Shown piece after piece: positions 41,786-55,046 of a stretch of DNA of 64,000 nucleotides (positions within the stretch are counted from its first letter, which is position 1; every line of letters begins with the position of its first letter). A model generated the notes under the pieces. The model saw nothing but the letters and a program-made list of their open reading frames with translations, searched no databases and had not been told where the DNA came from. The DNA is from Paragordius varius (Eukaryota > Animalia > Nematomorpha), in NCBI GenBank assembly GCA_964247055.1, contig OZ176051.1, forward strand, positions 806,001-870,000, read 5' to 3'. The translations under genes were made by a program, and so were the position numbers.

Positions 41786-44700
41786 GATACTTTAAAAATT
41801 AATGTATAAAACTAGTCGCATCAATACTCAAGTTAAACTTTGTCCTTAAAAATCGGATATTGGTCACCGGTGAACAAAATTATTTTATTTACATTCTCTT
41901 AGTAAGACTACATCAAAATATAGAAATAGTTTCACAAACTCTTTCATATCCGATTTTTACAACGATACTTTAAAAATTAATGTATTAAACTAGTCGCATC
42001 AATACTCAAGTTACACTTTGTCCTTAAAATCGGATATTGTTCACCGGTGAACAAAATTATTTTTTATACATTCTCTTAGCAAGACTACATCAAAATATAG
42101 AGATAGTTTGACAAACTCTTTCATATCCGATTTTTACAACGATACTTTAAAAATTATGGTATTAAACCAGTCGCATCAATACTCAAGTTAAACTTTGTCC
42201 TTAAAAATCGGATATTGGTCACCGGTGAACAAAACTATTTTTTATACATTCTCTTAGTAAGACTACATCAAAATATAGAGATAATTTGACAAACTCTTTC
42301 ATATCCGATTTTTACAACGATACTTTAAAAATAAATGTATAAAACTAGGCGTATCAATAAATCGCATCAATACTCAAGTTAAACTTTGTCCTTAAAAATC
42401 GGATATTGGTCACCGGTGAACAAAACTATTTTTTATACATTCTCTTAGTAGGACTACATCAAAATATAGAGATAGTTTGGCAAACTCTTTCATATCCGAT
42501 TTTTACAACGATACTTTAAAAATTATGGTATTAAACCAGTCGCATCAATACTCAAGTTAAACTTTGTCCTTAAAAATCGGATATTGGTCACCGGTGAACA
42601 AAACTATTTTTTATACATTCTCTTAGTAAGACTACATCAAAATATAGAGATAATTTGACAAACTCTTTCATATCCGATTTTTACAACGATACTTTAAAAA
42701 TAAATGTATAAAACTAGGCGTATCAATAAATCGCATCAATACTCAAGTTAAACTTTGTCCTTAAAAATCGGATATTGGTCACCGGTGAACAAAATTATTT
42801 TTTATACATTCTCTTAGTAGGACGACTACATCAAAATATAGAGATAGTTTGGCAAACTGTTTCATATCCGATTTTTACAACGATACTTTAAAAATTAATG
42901 TATAAAACTAGTCGCATCAATACTCAAGTTAAACTTTGTCCTTAAAAATCGAATATTGGTCACCGGTGAACAAAATTATTTTTTATACATTCTCTTAGGA
43001 CTACATCAAAATATAGAAATAGTTTGACAAACTCTTTCATATGCGATTTTTACAACGATACTTTAAAAATTAATATATTAAACCAGTCGCATCAATACTC
43101 AAGTTAAACTTTGTCCTTAAAAATCGGATATTGGTCACCGGTGAACAAAACTATTTTTTATACATTCTCTTAGTAAGACTACATCAAAATATAGAGATAA
43201 TTTGACAAACTCTTTCATATCCGATTTTTACAACGATACTTTAAAAATAAATGTATAAACCTAGGCGTATCAATAAATCGCATCAATACTCAAGTTAAAC
43301 TTTGTCCTTAAAAATCGGATATTGGTCACCGGTGAACAAAATTATTTTTTATACATTCTCTTAGTAGGACGACTACATCAAAATATAGAGATAGTTTGGC
43401 AAACTCTTTCATATCCGATTTTTACAACGATACTTTAAAAATTAATGTATAAAACTAGTCGCATCAATACTCAAGTTAAACTTTGTCCTTAAAAATCGGA
43501 TATTGGTCACCGGTGAACAAAATTATTTTTTATACATTCTCTTAGTAAGACTACATCAAAATATAGAGATAGTTTGGCAAACTCTTTCATATCCGATTTT
43601 TACAACGATACTTTAAAAATTAATGTATTAAACTAGTCGCATCAATACTCAAGTTAAACTTTGTCCTTAAAATCGGATATTGTTCACCGGTGAACAAAAT
43701 TATTTTTTATACATTCTCTTAGCAAGACTACATGAAAATATAGAGATAGTTTGACAAACTCTTTCATATCCGATTTTTACAACGATACTTTAAAAATTAT
43801 GGTATTAAACCAGTCGCATCAATACTCAAGTTAAACTTTGTCCTTAAAAATCGGATATTGGTCACCGGTGAACAAAACTATTTTTTATACATTCTCTTAG
43901 TAAGACTACATCGAAATATAGAGATAGTTTGACAAACTCTTTCATATCCGATTTTTACAATGATACTTTAAAAATTAATGTATAAAACTAGTCGTATCAA
44001 TAAATCGCATCAATACTCAAGTTAAACTTTCTCGTTAAAAATCGGATATTGGTCACCGGTGAACAAAATTATTTTTTATACATTCTCTTAGTAGGACTAC
44101 ATCAAAATATAGAGATAGTTTGGCAAACTCTTTCATATCCGATTTTTACAACGATACTTTAAAAATTAATGTATAAAACTAGTCGCATCAATACTCAAGT
44201 TAAACTTTGTCCTTAAAAATCGGATATTGGTCACCGGTGAACAAAATTATTTTATTTACATTCTCTTAGTAAGACTACATCAAAATATAGAAATAGTTTC
44301 ACAAACTCTTTCATATCCGATTTTTACAACGATACTTTAAAAATTAATGTATTAAACTAGTCGCATCAATACTCAAGTTACACTTTGTCCTTAAAATCGG
44401 ATATTGTTCACCGGTGAACAAAATTATTTTTTATACATTCTCTTAGCAAGACTACATCAAAATATAGAGATAGTTTGACAAACTCTTTCATATCCGATTT
44501 TTACAACGATACTTTAAAAATTATGGTATTAAACCAGTCGCATCAATACTCAAGTTAAACTTTGTCCTTAAAAATCGGATATTGGTCACCGGTGAACAAA
44601 ACTATTTTTTATACATTCTCTTAGTAAGACTACATCAAAATATAGAGATAATTTGACAAACTCTTTCATATCCGATTTTTACAACGATACTTTAAAAATA

Positions 44701-46150
44701 AATGTATAAAACTAGGCGTATCAATAAATCGCATCAATACTCAAGTTAAACTTTGTCCTTAAAAATCGGATATTGGTCACCGGTGAACAAAACTATTTTT
44801 TATACATTCTCTTAGTAGGACTACATCAAAATATAGAGATAGTTTGGCAAACTCTTTCATATCCGATTTTTACAACGATACTTTAAAAATTATGGTATTA
44901 AACCAGTCGCATCAATACTCAAGTTAAACTTTGTCCTTAAAAATCGGATATTGGTCACCGGTGAACAAAACTATTTTTTATACATTCTCTTAGTAAGACT
45001 ACATCAAAATATAGAGATAATTTGACAAACTCTTTCATATCCGATTTTTACAACGATACTTTAAAAATAAATGTATAAAACTAGGCGTATCAATAAATCG
45101 CATCAATACTCAAGTTAAACTTTGTCCTTAAAAATCGGATATTGGTCACCGGTGAACAAAATTATTTTTTATACATTCTCTTAGTAGGACGACTACATCA
45201 AAATATAGAGATAGTTTGGCAAACTGTTTCATATCCGATTTTTACAACGATACTTTAAAAATTAATGTATAAAACTAGTCGCATCAATACTCAAGTTAAA
45301 CTTTGTCCTTAAAAATCGAATATTGGTCACCGGTGAACAAAATTATTTTTTATACATTCTCTTAGGACTACATCAAAATATAGAAATAGTTTGACAAACT
45401 CTTTCATATGCGATTTTTACAACGATACTTTAAAAATTAATATATTAAACCAGTCGCATCAATACTCAAGTTAAACTTTGTCCTTAAAAATCGGATATTG
45501 GTCACCGGTGAACAAAACTATTTTTTATACATTCTCTTAGTAAGACTACATCAAAATATAGAGATAATTTGACAAACTCTTTCATATCCGATTTTTACAA
45601 CGATACTTTAAAAATAAATGTATAAACCTAGGCGTATCAATAAATCGCATCAATACTCAAGTTAAACTTTGTCCTTAAAAATCGGATATTGGTCACCGGT
45701 GAACAAAATTATTTTTTATACATTCTCTTAGTAGGACGACTACATCAAAATATAGAGATAGTTTGGCAAACTCTTTCATATCCGATTTTTACAACGATAC
45801 TTTAAAAATTAATGTATAAAACTAGTCGCATCAATACTCAAGTTAAACTTTGTCCTTAAAAATCGGATATTGGTCACCGGTGAACAAAATTATTTTATTT
45901 ACATTCTCTTAGTAAGACTACATCAAAATATAAAAATAGTTTCACAAACTCTTTCATATCCGATTTTTACAACGATACTTTAAAAATTAATGTATTAAAC
46001 TAGTCGCATCAATACTCAAGTTAAACTTTGTCCTTAAAATCGGATATTGTTCACCGGTGAACAAAATTATTTTTTATACATTCTCTTAGCAAGACTACAT
46101 GAAAATATAGAGATAGTTTGACAAACTCTTTCATATCCGATTTTTACAAC
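41786..46150. repeat. 13-mer higher-order repeat, period 2367 bp, about two copies
   Basis: Private alleles recur at a constant offset: gttacactt (monomers at 41964 and 44331), aatatattaaaccag (43057, 45424), aaacctagg (43235, 45602) and catgaaaat (43607, 45974). A further 8-mer copy (offset 1452) lies at 47054-47975. Confidence 0.88.
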
Positions 46151-49093
46151 GATACTTTAAAAATTATGGTATTAAACCAGTCGCATCAATACTCAAGTTA
46201 AACTTTGTCCTTAAAAATCGGATATTGGTCACCGGTGAACAAAACTATTTTTTATACATTCTCTTAGTAAGACTACATCAAAATATAGAGATAATTTGAC
46301 AAACTCTTTCATATCCGATTTTTACAACGATACTTTAAAAATAAATGTATAAAACTAGGCGTATCAATAAATCGCATCAATACTCAAGTTAAACTTTGTC
46401 CTTAAAAATCGGATATTGGTCACCGGTGAACAAAATTATTTTTTATACATTCTCTTAGTAGGACGACTACATCAAAATATAGAGATAGTTTGGCAAACTG
46501 TTTCATATCCGATTTTTACAACGATACTTTAAAAATTAATGTATTAAACTAGTCGCATCAATACTCAAGTTAAACTTTGTCCTTAAAAATCGAATATTGG
46601 TCACCGGTGAACAAAATTATTTTTTATACATTCTCTTAGGACTACATCAAAATATAGAAATAGTTTGACAAACTCTTTCATATGCGATTTTTACAACGAT
46701 ACTTTAAAAATTAATGTATTAAACTAGTCGCATCAATACTCAAGCTAAACATTGTCCTTAAAAATCGGATATTGGTCACCGGTGAACAAAACTATTTTTT
46801 ATACATTCTCTTAGTAAGACTACATCAAAATATAGAGATAGTTTGACAAACTCTTTCATATCCGATTTTTACAACGATACTTTAAAAATTATGGTATTAA
46901 ACCAGTCGCATCAATACTCAAGTTAAACTTTGTCCTTAAAAATCGGATATTGGTCACCGGTGAACAAAACTATTTTTTATACATTCTCTTAGTAAGACTA
47001 CATCAAAATATAGAGATAATTTGACAAACTCTTTCATATCCGATTTTTACAACGATACTTTAAAAATAAATGTATAAAACTAGGCGTATCAATAAATCGC
47101 ATCAATACTCAAGTTAAACTTTGTCCTTAAAAATCGGATATTGGTCACCGGTGAACAAAATTATTTTTTATACATTCTCTTAGTAGGACGACTACATCAA
47201 AATATAGAGATAGTTTGGCAAACTCTTTCATATCCGATTTTTACAACGATACTTTAAAAATTAATGTATAAAACTAGTCGCATCAATACTCAAGTTAAAC
47301 TTTGTCCTTAAAAATCGGATATTGGTCACCGGTGAACAAAATTATTTTATTTACATTCTCTTAGTAAGACTACATCAAAATATAAAAATAGTTTCACAAA
47401 CTCTTTCATATCCGATTTTTACAACGATACTTTAAAAATTAATGTATTAAACTAGTCGCATCAATACTCAAGTTAAACTTTGTCCTTAAAATCGGATATT
47501 GTTCACCGGTGAACAAAATTATTTTTTATACATTCTCTTAGCAAGACTACATGAAAATATAGAGATAGTTTGACAAACTCTTTCATATCCGATTTTTACA
47601 ACGATACTTTAAAAATTATGGTATTAAACCAGTCGCATCAATACTCAAGTTAAACTTTGTCCTTAAAAATCGGATATTGGTCACCGGTGAACAAAACTAT
47701 TTTTTATACATTCTCTTAGTAAGACTACATCAAAATATAGAGATAATTTGACAAACTCTTTCATATCCGATTTTTACAACGATACTTTAAAAATAAATGT
47801 ATAAAACTAGGCGTATCAATAAATCGCATCAATACTCAAGTTAAACTTTGTCCTTAAAAATCGGATATTGGTCACCGGTGAACAAAATTATTTTTTATAC
47901 ATTCTCTTAGTAGGACGACTACATCAAAATATAGAGATAGTTTGGCAAACTGTTTCATATCCGATTTTTACAACGATACTTTAAAAATTAATGTATTAAA
48001 CTAGTCGCATCAATACTCAAGTTAAACTTTGTCCTTAAAAATCGGATATTGGTCACCGGTGAACAAAACTATTTTTTATACATTCTCTTAGTAAGACTAC
48101 ATCAAAATATAGAGATAATTTGACAAACTCTTTCATATCCGATTTTTACAACGATACTTTAAAAATAAATGTATAAAACTAGGCGTATCAATAAATCGCA
48201 TCAATACTCAAGTTAAACTTTGTCCTTAAAAATCGGATATTGGTCACCGGTGAACAAAATTATTTTTTATACATTCTCTTAGTGGGACTACATCAAAATA
48301 TAGAGATAGTTTGGCAAACTCTTTCATATCCGATTTTTACAACGATACTTTAAAAATTAATGTATAAAACTAGTCGCATCAATACTCAAGTTAAACTTTG
48401 TCCTTAAAATCGGATATTGTTCACCGGTGAACAAAACTATTTTTTATACATTCTCTTAGTAAGACTACATCAAAATATAGAGATAATTTGACAAACTCTT
48501 TCATATCCGATTTTTACAACGATACTTTAAAAATAAATGTATAAAACTAGGCGTATCAATAAATCGCATCAATACTCAAGTTAAACTTTGTCCTTAAAAA
48601 TCGGATATTGGTCACCGGTGAACAAAATTATTTTTTATACATTCTCTTAGTAGGACTACATCAAAATATAGAGATAGTTTGGCAAACTCTTTCATATCCG
48701 ATTTTTACAATGATACTTTAAAAATTAATGTATAAAACTAGTCGTATCAATAAATCGCATCAATACTCAAGTTAAACTTTCTCGTTAAAAATCGGATATT
48801 GGTCACCGGTGAACAAAATTATTTTTTATACATTCTCTTAGTAGGACTACATCAAAATATAGAGATAGTTTGACAAACTCTTTCATATCCGATTTTTACA
48901 ATGATACTTTAAAAATTAATGTATAAAACTAGTCGTATCAATAAATCGCATCAATACTCAAGTTAAACTTTCTCGTTAAAAATCGGATATTGGTCACCGG
49001 TGAACAAAATTATTTTTTATACATTCTCTTAGTAGGACTACATCAAAATATAGAGATAGTTTGGCAAACTCTTTCATATCCGATTTTTACAAC

Positions 49094-52000
49094 GATACTT
49101 TAAAAATTAATGTGTTAAACTAGTCGCATCCATACTCAAGTTAAACTTTGTCCTTAAAAATCGGATATTGGTCACCGGTGAACAAAATTATTTTTTATAC
49201 ATTCTCTTAGTAAGACTTCATCAAAATATAGAAATAGTTTGACAAACTCTTTCATATCCGATTTTTACAACGATACTTTAAAAATTAATGTGTTAAACTA
49301 GTCGCATCCATACTCAAGTTAAACTTTGTCCTTAAAAATCGGATATTGGTCACCGGTGAACAAAATTATTTTTTATACATTCTCTTAGTAAGACCAAAAT
49401 ATGGAGATAGTTTGACAAACTCTTTCATATCCGATTTTTACAACGATACTTTAAAAATTATGGTATTAAACCAGTCGCATCAATACTCAAGTTAAACTTT
49501 GTCCTTAAAAATCGGATATTGGTCACCGGTGAACAAAATTATTTTTTATACATTCTCTTAGTAAGACTACATCAAAATATAGAGATAGTTTGACAAACTC
49601 TTTTATATCCGATTTTTACAACGATACTTTAAAAATTAATGTATAAAACTAGTCGCATCAATACTCAAGTTAAACTTTATCCTTAAAAATCAGATATTGG
49701 TCACCGGTGAACAAAATAATTGTTTATACATTCTCTTAGTAAGAGTACATATAAAAATATAGAGATAGTTTGACAAACTCTTTCATATCCGATTTTTACA
49801 ACGATACTTTAAAAATTATGGTATTAAACCAGTCGCATCAATACTCAAGTTAAACTTTGTCCTTAAAAATCGGATATTGGTCACCGGTGAACAAAACTTT
49901 TTATACATTCTCTTAGTAAGACCACATCAAAATATAGAGATAATTTGACAAACTCTTTCATATCCGATTTTTACAACGATACTTTAAAAATAAATGTATA
50001 AAACTAGTCGTATCAATAAATCGCATCAATACTCAAGTTAAACTTTCTCGTTAAAAATCGGATATTGGTCACCGGTGAACAAAATTATTTTTTATACATT
50101 CTCTTAGTAGGACTACATCAAAATATAGAGATAGTTTGGCAAACTCTTTCATATCCTCTTTTTACAACGATACTTTAAAAATTAATGTATAAAACTAGTC
50201 GCATCAATACTCAAGTTAAACTTTGCCCTTAAAAATCGGATATTGGTCACCGGTGAACAAAATTATTTTATTTACATTCTCTTAGTAAGACTACATCAAA
50301 ATATAGAAATAGTTTCACAAACTCTTTCATATCCGATTTTTACAACGATACTTTAAAAATTAATGTATTAAACTAGTCGCATCAATACTCAAGTTAAACT
50401 TTGTCCTTAAAATCGGATATTGTTTACCGGTAAACAAAATTATTTTTTATACATTCTCTTAGCAAGACTACATCAAAATATAGAGATAGTTTGACAAACT
50501 CTTTCATATCCGATTTTTACAACGATACTTTAAAAATTATGGTATTAAACCAGTCGCATCAATACTCAAGTTAAACTTTGTCCTTAAAAATCGGATATTG
50601 GTCACCGGTGAACAAAACTATTTTTTATACATTCTCTTAGTAGGACTACATCAAAATATAGAGATAATTTGACAAACTCTTTCATATCCGATTTTTACAA
50701 CGATACTTTAAAAATAAATGTATAAAACTAGGCGTATCAATAAATCGCATCAATACTCAAGTTAAACTTTGTCCTTAAAAATCGGATATTGGTCACCGGT
50801 GAACAAAATTATTTTTTATACATTCTCTTAGTAGGACTACATCAAAATATAGAGATAGTTTGGCAAACTCTTTCATATCCGATTTTTACAACGATACTAT
50901 AAAAATTAATGTATAAAAGTAGTCGCATCAATACTCAAGTTAAACTTTGTCCTTAAAAATCGAATATTGGTCACCGGTGAACAAAATTATTTTTTATACA
51001 TTCTCTTAGGACTACATCAAAATATAGAAATAGTTTGACAAACTCTTTCATATGCGATTTTTACAACGATACTTTAAAAATTAATGTATTAAACTAGTCG
51101 CATCAATACTCAAGCTAAACATTGTCCTTAAAAATCGGATATTGGTCACCGGTGAACGAAACTATTTTTTATACATTCTCTTAGTAAGACTACATCGAAA
51201 TATAGAGATAGTTTGACAAACTCTTTCATATCCGATTTTTACAATGATACTTTAAAAATTAATGTATAAAACTAGTCGTATCAATAAATCGCATCAATAC
51301 TCAAGTTAAACTTTCTCGTTAAAAATCGGATATTGGTCACCGGTGAACAAAATTATTTTTTATACATTCTCTTAGTAGGACTAAATCAAAATATAGAGAT
51401 AGTTTGGCAAACTCTTTCATATCCGATTTCTACAACGATACTTTAAAAATTAATGTATAAAACTAGTCGCATCAATACTCAAGTTAAACTTTGTCCTTAA
51501 AATCGGATATTGTTCACCGGTGAACAAAATTATTTTTTATACATTCTCTTAGCAAGACTACATCAAAATATAGAGATAGTTTGACAAATTCTTTCATATC
51601 CGATTTTTACAACGATACTTTAAAAATAAAAGTATAAAACTAGGCGTATCAATAAATCGCATCAATACTCAAGTTAAACTTTGTCCTTAAAAATCGGATA
51701 TTGGTCACCGGTGAACAAAATTATTTTTTATACATTCTCTTAGTAAGACTTCATCAAAATATAGAAATAGTTTGACAAACTCTTTCATATCCGATTTTTA
51801 CAACGATACTTTAAAAATTAATGTGTTAAACTAGTCGCATCCATACTCAAGTTAAACTTTGTCCTTAAAAATCGGATATTGGTCACCGGTGAACAAAATT
51901 ATTTTTTATACATTCTCTTAGTAAGACTTCATCAAAATATAGAAATAGTTTGACAAACTCTTTCATATCCGATTTTTACAACGATACTTTAAAAATTAAT

Positions 52001-55000
52001 GTGTTAAACTAGTCGCATCCATACTCAAGTTAAACTTTGTCCTTAAAAATCGGATATTGGTCACCGGTGAACAAAATTATTTTTTATACATTCTCTTAGT
52101 AAGACCAAAATATGGAGATAGTTTGACAAACTCTTTCATATCCGATTTTTACAACGATACTTTAAAAATTATGGTATTAAACCAGTCGCATCAATACTCA
52201 AGTTAAACTTTGTCCTTAAAAATCGGATATTGGTCACCGGTGAACAAAATTATTTTTTATACATTCTCTTAGTAAGACTACATCAAAATATAGAGATAGT
52301 TTGACAAACTCTTTTATATCCGATTTTTACAACGATACTTTAAAAATTAATGTATAAAACTAGTCGCATCAATACTCAAGTTAAACTTTATCCTTAAAAA
52401 TCAGATATTGGTCACCGGTGAACAAAATAATTGTTTATACATTCTCTTAGTAAGAGTACATATAAAAATATAGAGATAGTTTGACAAACTCTTTCATATC
52501 CGATTTTTACAACGATACTTTAAAAATTATGGTATTAAACCAGTCGCATCAATACTCAAGTTAAACTTTGTCCTTAAAAATCGGATATTGGTCACCGGTG
52601 AACAAAACTTTTTATACATTCTCTTAGTAAGACCACATCAAAATATAGAGATAATTTGACAAACTCTTTCATATCCGATTTTTACAACGATACTTTAAAA
52701 ATAAATGTATAAAACTAGTCGTATCAATAAATCGCATCAATACTCAAGTTAAACTTTCTCGTTAAAAATCGGATATTGGTCACCGGTGAACAAAATTATT
52801 TTTTATACATTCTCTTAGTAGGACTACATCAAAATATAGAGATAGTTTGGCAAACTCTTTCATATCCTCTTTTTACAACGATACTTTAAAAATTAATGTA
52901 TAAAACTAGTCGCATCAATACTCAAGTTAAACTTTGCCCTTAAAAATCGGATATTGGTCACCGGTGAACAAAATTATTTTATTTACATTCTCTTAGTAAG
53001 ACTACATCAAAATATAGAAATAGTTTCACAAACTCTTTCATATCCGATTTTTACAACGATACTTTAAAAATTAATGTATTAAACTAGTCGCATCAATACT
53101 CAAGTTAAACTTTGTCCTTAAAATCGGATATTGTTTACCGGTAAACAAAATTATTTTTTATACATTCTCTTAGCAAGACTACATCAAAATATAGAGATAG
53201 TTTGACAAACTCTTTCATATCCGATTTTTACAACGATACTTTAAAAATTATGGTATTAAACCAGTCGCATCAATACTCAAGTTAAACTTTGTCCTTAAAA
53301 ATCGGATATTGGTCACCGGTGAACAAAACTATTTTTTATACATTCTCTTAGTAGGACTACATCAAAATATAGAGATAATTTGACAAACTCTTTCATATCC
53401 GATTTTTACAACGATACTTTAAAAATAAATGTATAAAACTAGGCGTATCAATAAATCGCATCAATACTCAAGTTAAACTTTGTCCTTAAAAATCGGATAT
53501 TGGTCACCGGTGAACAAAATTATTTTTTATACATTCTCTTAGTAGGACTACATCAAAATATAGAGATAGTTTGGCAAACTCTTTCATATCCGATTTTTAC
53601 AACGATACTATAAAAATTAATGTATAAAAGTAGTCGCATCAATACTCAAGTTAAACTTTGTCCTTAAAAATCGAATATTGGTCACCGGTGAACAAAATTA
53701 TTTTTTATACATTCTCTTAGGACTACATCAAAATATAGAAATAGTTTGACAAACTCTTTCATATGCGATTTTTACAACGATACTTTAAAAATTAATGTAT
53801 TAAACTAGTCGCATCAATACTCAAGCTAAACATTGTCCTTAAAAATCGGATATTGGTCACCGGTGAACGAAACTATTTTTTATACATTCTCTTAGTAAGA
53901 CTACATCGAAATATAGAGATAGTTTGACAAACTCTTTCATATCCGATTTTTACAATGATACTTTAAAAATTAATGTATAAAACTAGTCGTATCAATAAAT
54001 CGCATCAATACTCAAGTTAAACTTTCTCGTTAAAAATCGGATATTGGTCACCGGTGAACAAAATTATTTTTTATACATTCTCTTAGTAGGACTAAATCAA
54101 AATATAGAGATAGTTTGGCAAACTCTTTCATATCCGATTTCTACAACGATACTTTAAAAATTAATGTATAAAACTAGTCGCATCAATACTCAAGTTAAAC
54201 TTTGTCCTTAAAATCGGATATTGTTCACCGGTGAACAAAATTATTTTTTATACATTCTCTTAGCAAGACTACATCAAAATATAGAGATAGTTTGACAAAT
54301 TCTTTCATATCCGATTTTTACAACGATACTTTAAAAATAAAAGTATAAAACTAGGCGTATCAATAAATCGCATCAATACTCAAGTTAAACTTTGTCCTTA
54401 AAAATCGGATATTGGTCACCGGTGAACAAAATTATTTTTTATACATTCTCTTAGTAAGACTTCATCAAAATATAGAAATAGTTTGACAAACTCTTTCATA
54501 TCCGATTTTTACAACGATACTTTAAAAATTAATGTGTTAAACTAGTCGCATCCATACTCAAGTTAAACTTTGTCCTTAAAAATCGGATATTGGTCACCGG
54601 TGAACAAAATTATTTTTTATACATTCTCTTAGTAAGACCAAAATATGGAGATAGTTTGACAAACTCTTTCATATCCGATTTTTACAACGATACTTTAAAA
54701 ATTATGGTATTAAACCAGTCGCATCAATACTCAAGTTAAACTTTGTCCTTAAAAATCGGATATTGGTCACCGGTGAACAAAATTATTTTTTATACATTCT
54801 CTTAGTAAGACTACATCAAAATATAGAGATAGTTTGACAAACTCTTTTATATCCGATTTTTACAACGATACTTTAAAAATTAATGTATAAAACTAGTCGC
54901 ATCAATACTCAAGTTAAACTTTATCTTTAAAAATCAGATATTGGTCACCGGTGAACAAAATAATTGTTTATACATTCTCTTAGTAAGAGTACATATAAAA

Positions 55001-55046
55001 ATATAGAGATAGTTTGACAAACTCTTACATATCCGATTTTTACAAC
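49094..55046. repeat. 15-mer higher-order repeat, period 2711 bp, two near-identical copies plus a partial third
   Basis: Private alleles recur at 49094+n and 51805+n: gacttcatc, gaccaaaatatgga, ctttatcc+gagtacatataa, atcctctttt, tttgccc, ttgtttaccggtaaac, gaacgaaac and gactaaatc+gatttctac. Confidence 0.92.
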
